Source: an uncultured Alphaproteobacteria bacterium (GTDB taxonomy: Bacteria; Pseudomonadota; Alphaproteobacteria; Sphingomonadales; Sphingomonadaceae). From it: a stretch of 64,000 nucleotides of DNA. This document shows, one piece after another, positions 21,101-33,564 of this stretch; position 1 is the first letter of the stretch; the number at the start of each line of letters is the position of its first letter. The notes beneath the pieces are model-generated. The model was not told the origin of the DNA and did no database searches. It was given only the letters and a program-made list of their open reading frames with translations. The position numbers were made by a program, and so were the translations under genes. The DNA is taken from NCBI GenBank assembly GCA_963833685.1, contig CAWHYD010000002.1:30071-94070 (forward strand), read 5' to 3'.

Positions 21101-24100
21101 GGTACACTGCCGAACGGCATCGCCAGTGACACGGTCGATTTCTCAGACGCGTTCGCGGCGCCGGTGTTCGGCGCCGACGGCGAAGGCAGCGTCGGTTACG
21201 AGGTGCATGTCACCGGCTCGAACGTCGGCTCGGGCCTCTACGCGCTGGAGGCCGGCGACACGACGACCGGCGACAGTGACGGCTACGGCCAGGGCGACGA
21301 GATCATGCTCGTCGACAATGGCGACGGCACCGTCAGCGGCGTGATCGGCACGACTGAATATTTCGTCATCAGCGTCAATTCAGACGGCAAAGTGACGTTC
21401 ACGCAGGAACAGAACATCTGGCATCCCGACACCGCCAGCAATGACGAGTCGGTGTCGATCGTACCGGACGGCGGTACGCTCAGCCTGGTGCAGACCATCA
21501 CTGACGGTGACGGCGACGTCGACAGCGCGTCAGTTGACCTGAGCGGTGCGTTCTCGATCCAGGACGACGGCCCGCAGCCGTTCGACGGCTGCCCGGATGA
21601 AATCAATGCCGTCAATGGCGCCGGCGACGAGAGCGATCCTGTTTCGCTCAACCTGCCCGACCCAGGCACCGACCTTCCGTTCGTGCTGTCCTTTGGCGAC
21701 ACTCAAGACGGTGATCCAGTCCTCGACAATGGCGGCCAACAGCTGTCGTCGGGCGGCCAGCTCCTCTATTATTCCGTGAACGAGAGTGATCCGACGATCC
21801 TCGAAGCGCGCACCGATCCCGATCCGGGTGAGGGCACGCTCGTGTTCCAGGTCGACCTCAATCCCGCGGACGGGACCTACACGTTCCATCAATTCCAGCC
21901 GATTTCGTCCGAGACCGAGCTCAACATCACCGACCTGTCGAGCATCGGCGGCGGCAACGTCGAAGCCAAGGCGATCGACGTTCCGGATTCGCCCTACGAC
22001 CTGATCCTGTCGACATCGTCGGGCAACACCGTCAACACCAGCGCCGACTGGATCGGAGTCAGCGGTGGCCAGAGCTTGTCCTCTGGCGACGTCATCCGCG
22101 TCGACTTCGTGCAGGATGCGTTCGTCACCGGAAGCGGTGGCGGCGCCGTCTTGAACTTCGGCGAATATTATGACGCCAACAGCTTCCGCGAAGATGTCGG
22201 GGGCCTCAATAACGTCCAGTTTGCCAGCTTCACCGTTCACGCGGTCGTGGTCAGTGAAGCGCCGGGAAGCGATCCCGCGGATCCGGCCGACGGCGACAAC
22301 ACGTTCTACGGCGATACCAACGACACGTTCGTCGCGGTCACTGCGCTCAACATCTACAATGACAGCGGAACGCTGGTCGATCCGACGGACTACGGCTCGC
22401 TCGGCATCTCGGTCACCGCGACCGGTGACGGCGGCTGGAGCATTGCCGGTCTACCGCAGAGCTATGATTTCGAAATCACCTCGAACACTGCGTTCCAGGC
22501 CGTCGAGATCAGTGCTGACAGCGGCACCGATACGTTCAAGCTTGGCGCAATCGACCTCACCGCCGTTGTCCAAGGCGACGTGGACCTGACGGTTCCGATC
22601 ACCATGACCGACGCCGACGGCGATCCGGTCTCCTGCGACATCGACATCAACCTCACCCCGGGCGCCAGCGGCGCAAACGTCGTGCTCCAGGTCAACGAGG
22701 CCGGCCTCGACAGCGTCGGCAGCGACCCGCTGAGCGACAGCGAGACCAATGGCGGCGACCTCAGCTCGCGTCGTTTCCGGCGGCACCGGCCCATATTCGT
22801 TCGTTCTCACTGGTTCGAACTCGAATGGCGACAGCCCGTACGGCCACCTGACGCTGAATCCGGACGGCACTTACAGTTTCACGCTGACGTCGCCGGTCGA
22901 CGGCTCCGATGCCAACGACGGCACGAACGTCGAGCACGGCGTCGTGACCTATACCTATGAGGCTACCAACTCGCTTGGTGCGACGACGACGGGCTCGATC
23001 ACCGTCGACGTCCGTGACGACGTCCCGACGGCGAACAACGACACCGACGTCATCACCGAAGGCGACGCGTCGGCAACCGGCAATGTCATCACCGGCGACG
23101 ACACGACCACCCTTCCGGCCGATAGCGGGGACGATATCAAGGGCGCCGACGGCGCGAGCTGTGACGGGTGCCACGGGTTATCTCGGGGCGGTTGGCACTG
23201 TCGATGGATCCGGCGACGTCACCGTTACCGGCCAGTGGGGCACGCTACTCATCCACCCGGACGGCAGCTACACCTACACGCTGAGCACCGAAGGCGCGGC
23301 CGCGCTCGAAGCGAAGGGCGAGGGCCAGACGCTGGCCAATGAGGTGTTCACCTACACCCTGACGGACGGCGACGGCGACACCGACACGGCGACGCTGACG
23401 ATCACTCCGACCGGCACGAACGACAATCCAGGCGTCAACGTCCCGGATGCGGGCGACGATACCAAGACGGTCTATGAGTCCGGCCTTGCGGAGCGCACCG
23501 GTGAGCCGGCGGGCACCGCCGAAGCGGCTGACGGCGACGGCACCAATGACGACGCGCCGACCGAGACCGTGACCGGTTCGTTCACCTTCAGCGACGGCGA
23601 CGGCGCTTCGACGGTGACGATCAACGGCACGACAATCGACCTCGACGGTCCGTTCCCGCTGGCTCCGATCGCGGGCGCCTTCGGTGACCTGACGATCACC
23701 AGCGTCGTCGGCCACACGGTCAATTACAGCTACACGCTGAGCGACAATATCGACCACAGCGACGTCACGCCGGACCAGGATGATTTCGCGATTGTCGTGG
23801 ACGACAGCGACGGCAGCAGTGGCGATGCCGCCAGCGATACGCTGACCATCCACATCGCCGACGATGCGCCGATTGCCGACAATGATACCGACGTCATCGA
23901 CCAGGGCGACACTTCGGAGACTGGCAACGTCATCACCGGGGTCGGCACGACGAGCGGCGACACCGGCGACGACCGCGTTGGCGCGGACGATTCCGAAGTG
24001 ACCGGCGTGACCCACCCGACCGGTGGTGTCGGATCGGTCGATGGCTCTGGCGATGTCACTGTCGACGGCCAGTGGGGCACGCTCGTGATCCATCCGAACG

Positions 24101-27100
24101 GCGACTATACCTATACATTGAGCTCGGCTGGAACGACCGCTTTGAACGCGCTCGGCGAAGGCCAGTCGCTGACTGCGGAGGTGTTCACCTATACGCTGAC
24201 CGATGGTGATGGCAGCACCGACACCGCGACCCTGACGATCACGCCGATGGGCGCGAACGACAATCCTGGAGTCAACGTTCCGGATACGGGCGATGACACC
24301 AAGACGGTGTACGAGTCCGGCCTTGCGGAGCGCACCGGTGAGCCGGCGGGCACCGCCGAAGCCGCTGACGGCGACGGCACCAATGACGATGCGCCGACCG
24401 AGACCGTGACCGGTTCGTTCACCTTCAGCGACGGCGACGGCGCTTCAACCGTGACGATTAACGGCACGACCATCGACCTCGATGGTCCGTTCCCGCTGGC
24501 TCCGATCGCCGGCGCCTTTGGTGACCTCACAATCACCAGCGTCTCGGGTCATACCGTCAATTACAGCTACACGCTGAGCGACAATATCGACCACAGCGAT
24601 GGCGTGGCCAACCAGGACGATTTCTCGATCGTCGTGGACGACAGCGATGGCAGCAGTGGCGATGCCGCCAGCGATACGCTGACCATCCACATCGCCGACG
24701 ATGCGCCGATTGCCGACAATGACACCGATGCGCTGGTCGAGGGCGAGACCTCGCAAAGCGGCAACGTCATCACCGGCGTGGGCACCACCAGCGGTGCTGC
24801 GGGCGATGACCGTGTCGGCGCCGACGATGCGTCGGTCACCGGGGCAACGGGCTTTGGCGGCGCGGGAACCGTCGACGGCGACGGCAACGTCACCGTGACG
24901 GGCCAGTGGGGCACGATCGTCATCCAGCCCGATGGCGACTACACCTACACTTTGAGCACCGCCGGCCTGGCTGCGCTCGAGGCAAAGGGCGCCGGCCAGA
25001 CCCTCACTGCCGAAGTCGTCACCTACACCCTCACCGATACTGACGGCAGCACCGACACGGCCACCCTGACGATCAGCCTGACGGGTACCGACGATACGCC
25101 GACGCTGACGGTTCCGGACACTGGCGGGGACACCAAGACGGTCGACGAGGCCGGCCTTCCGACCCGCACCGGCGAGCTCGCCGGTACCGGTGAGGCCGTC
25201 GACTCGACCCCGAATAATGACAACAGCGAGATCGTCAGCGGAACGTTCACGTTCACCGCCGGCGATGGCGCGACGGTCATCACCATCGACGGGGCAGGCG
25301 CGGGCGGTCCGCTCACGATCCCGCTTGGCGGACCGTTCCCGACGGCGGCGATCGTCGGCAGCTACGGTAGCCTGGTTGTGACCGGGGTCAGCGGCGGTAC
25401 GGTGAGCTACACCTATACGCTCACCGACAACGTCAATCATTCGACCCAGACCCCGCAGGACGATTTCACCATCACTGTCGACGACAGCGACGGCAGCACC
25501 GCGGACAAGGTCACCGATACGCTGACCATCCACATTACCGACGACACGCCGCTGAACTTCCAGCCCGACACCGCGGTGGCAGAGAATACCGGTACGGATG
25601 TTGTCACCGGCTCGCTCGACGACGATGGAACTCTCGCCAACGATGGCGGTGCGGACAGCATTGCGTCGCTGGTCTGGAATACCGGAGCAGCGGGGACGAT
25701 CCTGCTCGATACCGACGGCAACCATGTCACGGTCGGCGGTCAGGACGTGAAGCTGTACATCCAGCTCGACGGCTCGCTCGTCGCGACGACGGACATCAGT
25801 AGCGCGGCCGCCAAGGTGTTCACGGCTACGCTGGATTCCGGCGCGAGTTCCTACACCATCGATTTCGACCGCGCGCTCGACAACGGCAGCACGTCGGCGT
25901 CGAACTTCGAGGGGGCAAAAGCTGGCAACAATCAGTGGATTGGCATTGATCCTGATCTCGTCGGCGGCAAGACGATCGATATCGCCAGCGCAAGCGATCC
26001 GAATCCGGAATCGACCGACTTGCTCATCAGCGCCTTCAATCACACCAGTCGCGCGGCGCTCACGGTCAACCGTGACTCCGACGATATTGGCGCTGGCAGC
26101 GGCCAGGCCAACGGGGCCAATGAAACAACCCGAATCGATTTCGTCCAGGACCTGACGCGCGATCCGCTCGTGGATGAAAGCACCGCCGGCGGGTACAATT
26201 TCGACACCCACATCGGCGAGAAGGTGTTCAGCTTCACGATGGTCAACCCGAAGGCGCACGGTGATACGTCCGTGCTGCTGGAAGCGTTCAACACGACCAA
26301 TGAGACGACGTCGAAAGGCGACGTCCATGCGATCGCGAACAATACCGCCGTGGAGCTCGATCCGGCCTCGATCGTCGTCAAGCTCGGTAACACCGTGCTC
26401 GTCGAGGGTACCGACTACGACGTCTACGACTCCGGGAATGGCGTCTATGTTTCCGGCATCCCGGAGGGCGCCGTTATCCAGGTTCAGGCGATTGGCGGTG
26501 CGACGTTCGAGGCGGTTGAAATCACCAATGCTGCGGGGCACCACATTCCCGGCGCGGGGGCTGGAGTAAACTTCACCGGCGCGGACTTCGGCATCGGCGG
26601 CTTCAGCTATGGCGTGAACGACCCGGGCGATCCGGTCGCGTTCAACCTGCCGGTCACTTTGACCGATGGGGACGGCGATACGTCAAGCGGCACGGTTCCG
26701 GTGACGGTGTACCCGGTTGGGGAAGCTCCGAGCAACTTGTTGGCGCTCAATTCCGTCACGACCCAGGGCTTCAAGACCGCCCTGGCGCCGTCAAATGACA
26801 ATGGCAGCAACACCAACGCGGCGCTCCTCGGAGCGGTTGCGGCGGCGGGGCTGGTCGCATCGCAGGATGCGGCGGCGCACCACAATGTCGATCATGCCGC
26901 CGTGCACGAGGCTCGCGTCGAGGCTCGCGCCGCGGAGCACGCTCAGCTGATGAGCGCGTCCGATCGCCACGATGCCGGCGGCCATCGCGCCGACCACCTT
27001 GATCGTGGCGACGGCGGTCGTCACGATGCGGTAGTCGCCAAGACTGCGGTCATCCACGACGAGGTGCTGTCGCAGCACGCCAGCAACGACCACCACCAGC

Positions 27101-27501
27101 AGAATGCACCGGCCGCCCTCCTCCAGGGCACTTCGGCCCCGGCTCACGGTCACGAAGGCGGCCACGCCGCGGTGATCGCGGCGGCCGTCGCCATGCCGTC
27201 TGCCGAGCAACTCGCGGCGGTGACCGGCAAGGGTGGGGACGCGCAGCATAATGAAGTCGTCGGCAAGGTGCTCGCGGATGCGCTTCAGGGCGGCGAGGGC
27301 CATGGGCCGAACCTGGAAGCCTTGATCAATTCGCTTCCGGGCCACGGGCACGGGCCGGCGCTTGCGGCGCTGGCAAGCCACGCCGACGGCCATGTGCCAC
27401 ATGGGCACACGGCTTTCGCCGGAGTTTTCTCCACCGGGCATAACATGCTGACTATGGATCACATGGCGGCGCATCACGACGCGCCTCCACCACACGCCTG
27501 A
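18162..27501 (+). CDS. Giant T1SS-secreted adhesin (LapA/BapA-like, VCBS/Ig-like repeats, about 3100 aa), split by about 4 indels (near 19995, 20620, 22770, 23160)
   Basis: Continuous Asp/Thr/Gly-rich repeats (GTLTI..DG.YTY, FTYTLTDGDGD.DTATLTI, DDAP.A.ND) through ORFs 18162..20015, 19897..20874, 20528..22960, 22749..23342 and 22957..27501; no signal peptide; directly upstream of TolC/ABC/HlyD. Confidence 0.88.
23016..25539 (+). repeat. Three tandem units of about 840 bp (about 280 aa) inside the adhesin
   Basis: Anchor GGCCAGTGGGGCACG at 23230, 24067 and 24901; unit starts (DDxP) at 23016, 23860, 24697 and 25540; units 1 and 2 are near-identical over about 470 bp. Confidence 0.9.
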
Positions 27502-27518
27502 TTGAGTTTGGGGCAATA

Positions 27519-27550
27519 GGGGCCCGCAAGAGTGGACACTTGCGGACCCC
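27519..27550 (+). terminator. Intercistronic stem-loop between adhesin and tolC
   Basis: GGGGCCCGCAAG...CTTGCGGACCCC; no poly-U, so possibly an attenuator or mRNA stability element. Confidence 0.45.
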
Positions 27551-27570
27551 ACAAACACCAGAGGGGGTTT

Positions 27571-29080
27571 ATGACTAAGAAGCATTGGACGCTGGCTCTT
27601 CCCGGAGCCCTTTTGCTGAGCGGATCTCCGGCCTTCGCGGTCGACCTTCGCGAAGCCATCCAGGCAGCGCTGAATACCAATCCGGAAATTCGGCAGGCTG
27701 TCGCCAATCGCCAGGCGACCAACGAGGAGCGGATTCAGGGCCAGGGCGCCTATTATCCGCGCATCTCGGTCGAAGGTTCGGCGGGCGTTCGCAGCCTGCG
27801 CAACCCGACCCGGCGCAGCCTCGGCATCGCCAGCGATACGTTGTGGCCGATCGAGGGCGACCTCATCGTCGACCAGCTGCTGTTCGACAGTGGCGGCCGT
27901 GAAGCCGAAATCCGCCGCCAGGCGGCCCGCACCGACGCCGCGTCAGCGCGTGTCGAGGAGCGGTCGCAATATGTCGCGCTCAACGTCGCGCGCAACTACG
28001 TCGATTATCTGCTCCAGCAGCGGCTGGTCGCGATTGCGCAGGACAATGTCACTTTCCATGACAAGCCTCGCGAGCGACTTGCGCGAGGGCGTCTCGAAGG
28101 GCTCCATCAGCATTGCCGACCAGCAGCAGGCCGAAGAGCGGCTGCAGGCTGCCCGCGCTCGTGTGACCCAGGCCCGCGAGGATCTCGATGCCGCGGCGAT
28201 CGAATTCCAGCGGCTGACCGGTCTCCCGGTCGACAGCGTGTCGATGCCGCCTGACCTGTCGCAGTGCATGCCGGCCACCCTGGCGGATGCCGAAGCAATC
28301 GCGAAGGACAACAACCCGCGCGTTCGCGAAGCGATCGCCGACCTCGCCTCGGCGCGCGAAGACATTCGCGCCGCCAAGGCCGAGCTTGGTCCCAAAGTGA
28401 GCCTCGAGGGCCGGGCGCGGACCGGTAACGACATCGACGGTTTCGAAGGCCGCACCACCGACCTGCAGGCGCTCGGCGTCATTCGCTGGACGATCTTCAA
28501 CGGTGGCCAGAAGGAAGCCAATGTTCGCGAGCAGCAAAATCGCGCCGACGAGGTCCATGGCCGTCTGTTCGAGCGCACTCGCTCGGCGGTCGAAGACGTT
28601 CGCAACGCCTGGAGCCGCCTGACCAACCAGACCGCGCTGTCGAGCGAGCTGGAAACGCAGGGCCGCATCTCGGACGACGTGCTGCTGTCCTATCGCGAAC
28701 AGTTCAACATCGGCCGCCGGTCATTGCTGGACGTGCTCGATGCGCAAAATTCGCGCTACAACGTGCAGCAGCAGACGGAGACGGCGCGGCTTGCGAAGGT
28801 CTATGCGCAATACCGGGTATTGGCCTCCGAAAACCGCCTGATCGAGTGCCTCGGCGTGCAAGCGCCCGCGGCTGCTCGGCAGACCGAGATGGCGCGGTTC
28901 CACGTCAACAATGTGTCGCCGGTCGATCTCCAGGAGAACAGCATGCCGCTGCCCATGATGGGCCCGGGGCCGGTTGTCATGAATCCTGGAGCTCCGGTCG
29001 TGGCCGTTCCGGTCGAGCCTGCGCCTGCGCCGGTCGACACCGCGCCCGCGGGCGAGCCGGCCAGCGCGCTGAGGAAATGA
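27571..29080 (+). CDS. T1SS outer-membrane TolC protein (LapE/AggA-like), frameshift near 28060
   Basis: Signal peptide ending PAFA; LREAIQAALNTNPEI; YREQFNIGRRSLLDVLDAQN. Confidence 0.9.
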
Positions 29081-29092
29081 GGGGACGGGTTC

Positions 29093-31258
29093 GTGAGTTT
29101 CATGAATTGGTTGCATTCAGAGCGGCCGCTCGAAGTCGACCCCGTCCTCGATTGCCTTAGCTTCATCGCCCGGCAGGCGGACCGGCCGTCTTCGCCGGTA
29201 CTGTTGAAGGCTGGGCTTGCATTGTCGGCCGATGGCCGCCTGCCGTTCCACCAGGTCGAGCCCGCGCTCGACCAGGCCGGCATGCGCGCCGACCCGGTCA
29301 CCCGCCGGCTGAGGGGTTGGTCGGCGCGTAATTGCCCGGCCATCCTCGAACTCGAAGACGACCGCGCCGCCGTCCTGCTCGATACGCAAGGGCGCGACGG
29401 GCTGGTTTACGTGCCCGGCATGGCGGAGCCGATGTGGGTCAAGCTCGAGGAAATCGAGCGCGCCTACACCGGCCGGGCGGTCGTCGTCGAAACCGACCCG
29501 ACCCGCGAACGCGAAAACGAGCGACCGTGGGACGAAGCCAAGCGCCGGCACTGGTTCTGGTCGGAAATCTGGAAGATCCGTCGCGAATTCTGGCCGGTGA
29601 TGCTGGCCGCGCTGGTCGTGAACCTGCTGTCGTTCGCGATGCCGCTGTTCACGATGAACGTTTACGACCGGGTCATCCCGAACAAGGCGGCGGCGACCTT
29701 GTGGGTGCTCGCGCTCGGCGTGCTGCTGGCGCTGGCGTTCGATTTCACCCTGCGCGTCGCGCGGGCACGGCTGATCGACGAGCTCGGCGCGCAAGCTCGA
29801 CGCGAAGCTGTCGCAGAAGCTGTTCGAAAAGGTGATGAACCTGCCGATGGCCGACCGGCAGGGCAGCACCGGCGCCTTCGCCCGGCGCGTTTCTGAATTC
29901 GAGTCGGTGCGCGACTTCTTCGCCTCGACGACCGTCGTCCTTGCCGTCGACCTCACCTTCCTGATCCTGTTCCTAGGGTTCATCACGCTGATCGGCGGCT
30001 GGCTGGTGCTGGTCCCGCTGGCGGGGATCACGATGATGCTGATCGCCGGCATCAGCCTGCAGCGCGCCATGGGCAAGGCCGCCCTCGACGCACAGGCCGA
30101 TGCCAGCCTGCAGCATTCGGTGCTGGTCGAGTCGATCGGCGGCGCCGAGACGCTGAAGGCGGCCCGCGCGGAAGGCCAGATGCTCGGCCGCTGGCGGCGC
30201 TATTCCGCGATGTCGGCGGCGACGCAAGAACGCATGCGACGCCTGACCGCGGTGGCGGTCAATCTTGCCAGTATTTCGCAGCAGACGATTAGCATCGGCC
30301 TGCTCATCGGCGGCTTCTACCAGTTCCAGCAGGGCGACATGACGATGGGCGCGATCATCGCCATCATCATGATTTCGGGCCGTTCACTGCAGCCGGTCGG
30401 CCAGCTCGCCTTTCTGATCACCCGCGGCAAGCAGGCGTTCGCAACGCTCACTTCGCTTCAGAAGCTGATGGAAGCCGGCGATGAGCGCCAGGTTGCGATG
30501 CGCAGCATCGTGCCGGAAATCCGCGCCGGCCATATCGAGATGCGCGGCGTGTCGTTCCGCTATCCCAATGCGGCGCGGGATTCGCTGTCGGACATCAACT
30601 TCAAGATCGATCCGGGCGAGCGGATCGGAATCATCGGCCGCGTCGCTTCGGGCAAGTCGACGCTCGGCCGGGTGCTGAGCGGCCTGTATCCGCCGACGTC
30701 CGGCGAGATGCTCGTCGATGGCCTCGACAGCCGCCAATACCACCCGCACCAGCTCCGCGATGCCTTTCGCTTCGTGGCGCAGGACGCGGAGGTGTTCAGC
30801 GGCACGGTCCGCGACAACCTCATGCTCGGCGCGGCCCAGGCCGACGACCAAGCAGCTGATCGACGCCGTGGTGCGCTCGGGCGCCGACATCTTCCTGTCG
30901 CGCGACGCAGCCGGTTTCGACCTGCCCGTCGGCGAGCGTGGCACGCGCCTGTCGGGCGGGCAGCGGTCGCTGCTGGTCCTGGCTCGCGCCCTCGTCAGCC
31001 CTTCGAAGCTGTTGTTCCTCGACGAGCCGACCGGCTCGATGGACACGCAGACCGAGCTCTATTTCATCGAACGGCTAAAGGCGGCGCTGACGCAGGACCA
31101 GGCGCTCGTCGTCGCTACTCATCGCCACAACATGCTGTCGATCCTCGACCGCCTGATCGTCATCGACGCCGGCAAGATCATCGCCGACGGCCCGCGCGAC
31201 GAGGTGCTCGGCCACCTCACGGCCGCGGCTGCCGCTGCCCAAGGGGAAGAAGTCGTGA
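29093..31258 (+). CDS. T1SS permease/ATPase (LapB-like, C39-like N-domain), frameshifted
   Basis: HWFW, PLFTMNVYDRVIPN, Walker A GRVASGKST, LSGGQR, LFLDEPTGSMD, DGPRDEVL. Stop placed at TGA 31256-31258 after indel correction (uncertain). Confidence 0.9.
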
Positions 31259-32275
31259 AGCGCGCGCTGAGGCTTGGCGCCGGTCGCCGTTGCCGTGGCC
31301 GTAATTGGGGCTGGCGCGACACTGTCGCTGCTGCCGGCCCGCGAAGCGGCGGGTGCGGCGACGGTCATGCTGCCGCCGGCCAAGGCCGCGGCGCTGGTCC
31401 AGGCGACGAGCGGCAATGCCGCGCTCGACATGCGCGCGGTCGGCGACCAGGCCAAGCTCATCAACGCCGCTCTGCCGTTCGCGCAGAGCCCGCTTCACGC
31501 CGCCCGGCCGTTCGCGGCCAGCGGCTCGGACACCGACCAGCGCCGCGCTTTGCTGTGCCTGACGCAGGCGGTCTATTACGAAGCCGGTTTCGAACCGGTC
31601 GACGGCCGCCGCGCGGTGGCCCAGGTCGTGCTCAACCGGATGCGCCACCCGGCCTTTCCAAAGTCGGTGTGCGGCGTGGTCTACCAGGCATCGCAAAGCG
31701 GCGTTTGCCAGTTTACCTTCGTTTGCGACGGCGCGCTTTATCGTCAGCCCGCCGCGGGTGCGTGGGCCCAGGCCCAGGCCATCGCCCGCGCTGCCCTGGC
31801 CGGCTACGTCGACCGGTCGGTGGGTGAAGCGACCCATTATCACGCCGATTATGTCGCGCCCCGCTGGGCCCCTTTGCTCGCCAAGGTGGCGCAGATCGGC
31901 CAGCATATCTTCTACCGCTGGCCGGGCGCCTGGGGGCAGCCAAGCGCCTTCTCGGGCCGCTACATCGGTGAGCCGCGCGATCCGCTGTCGATGCGTCCGG
32001 CGATGCCGGTGGCTTCACCCGATGCAACCGCGGAGATCGCCACGGTGACCGGCCCGGTCGTCGACGGCACGGTGCTGAAGCGCGCGCCCAACGACGTCGG
32101 CGGGCTGCTCGACACCTCAAAGGGGTGGTCGCTGCATATCCCCGGTCCCGACGAAAGCGCGGGTGCGGCTTCGAAGCTGATCGCCGCGCAAGAGCACAAG
32201 CCGGTTGCAACGCAGATTGCCGCGGCGGAACAGCACTCCCGCCGTCGTCGGCCAGTAAAGTTTTTGGAGCGTTAA
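31255..32275 (+). CDS. SleB/CwlJ-family cell wall hydrolase (Hydrolase_2 lytic transglycosylase)
   Basis: CLTQAVYYEAG (catalytic Glu), AVAQVVLNR, FPKSVCGVVYQ, CQFTFVCDG, ATHYHADYVAPRW, IGQHIFYR; hydrophobic N-terminus. Start either GTG 31255 (with indel) or 31274. Confidence 0.88.
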
Positions 32276-32278
32276 GTC

Positions 32279-33564
32279 ATGGCCAGCATCCCCTTCTTCG
32301 GACCGGCGATCAAGCATCGCCAGCCGCTGACCGGATCGCGGCTGATCATCGTCGCGACGGCGATCGGTTTCTTCCTGTTCCTCATCTGGGCCAGCATTGC
32401 CCAGGTCGACGAAGTGACCCGCGGCGAGGGCAAGGTCATTCCGTCGAGCAAACTGCAGGTCGTCACCGCTGCCGACGCCGCGACCGTGTCGCAGATTTTC
32501 GTGCGTTCGGGCCAGCAGGTCCGCCGGGGCCAACTGCTCGTGCGTCTCGACAGCCCGGAGAACGCTTCCCAAGTTGGCCAGATCGAAGCCGAGACCCAGT
32601 CGCTGCAGGCGCGCGAGTCCCGGCTCACGCAGGAAGGCCTGGGCCAGGCGGCCAGCTGTACTGGTGGCGACTGCGCCGGCGAGCAGGCCCTTCGCGCCGC
32701 GCGCCAGTCTGCCCTTCAGAGCAAGACCGCCGGACTGCAGGCGTCGGCGGACCAGGCGCGCCGCGATGCCGGCGAAGCCGCGGCCACGATCAACAGCCTC
32801 CAGGGCAGCCTTGCGTTGGCACAAAAGCAGGTCGACATGCTCGAGCCGCTCGCCGCGAAGCACATCGTTCCCCAGACCGATTTGATGGACAAGCGCCGCG
32901 AGGTCGTCGACCTGCAGGGCCGCATCGCCGCCGCGCGCGAGCAGCAGGGCAAGGCCATGGCCGCGGTCCGCGAAGCCCAGGCGCAGGCATCGCAGGCCAA
33001 TTTCGAATTCCGCCAGCAGGCGCTCGACGAACGCAGCCAGGTGAAGGCCAAGATCGCGGTCAACGAGCAGTCGCTGCTCGGCGCCAAGGGCAAGCAGGAC
33101 CGGACCGAAGTCCGTTCGCCGGTCGACGGCGTCGTCAACGACGTCCAGGTGACGACCATCGGCTCGTTCGTTCAGCCCGGCCAGAAGATCATGGAAGTCG
33201 TGCCGCTAGGCGAAAAGCTGCTGGTCGAAACTCGCGTGAAGCCGAGCGACATCGCCTTCATCAAGGTCGGCGACCGCGCGCATGGTGCAAGGTCACCGCT
33301 TACGACTTCTCGATCTACGGCGGACTCGACGGCCGTGTCGTCCAGGTCTCAGCGGACTCGATCTACGACGACAAGGAAAAGCAGGCCTATTTCACGGTCA
33401 TCGTCGAAACCGACCGAAGCTATCTCAACGCTTCGGGGCACCGCCTGCCGATCACTCCGGGCATGATGACCAACACGCAGATCATCACCGGCTGGAAGAG
33501 CATCCTGACCTACCTGTTGAAGCCGGTGTTGAAGGCGAGGAGCGAGGCGCTGCGCGAGCGCTGA
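32279..33564 (+). CDS. T1SS HlyD-family periplasmic adaptor (LapC-like), frameshift near 33285
   Basis: WASIAQVDEVTRGEGKVIPS, RSPVDGVV, KVTAYDFSIYGGL, PGM, YLLKP..ALRER. Confidence 0.92.

Noticed and set aside
18162-27501. Five separate adhesin genes, or phase variation by frameshift
   Set aside because: Repeat motifs continue seamlessly across each frame change, and there are no simple-sequence tracts at the junctions.
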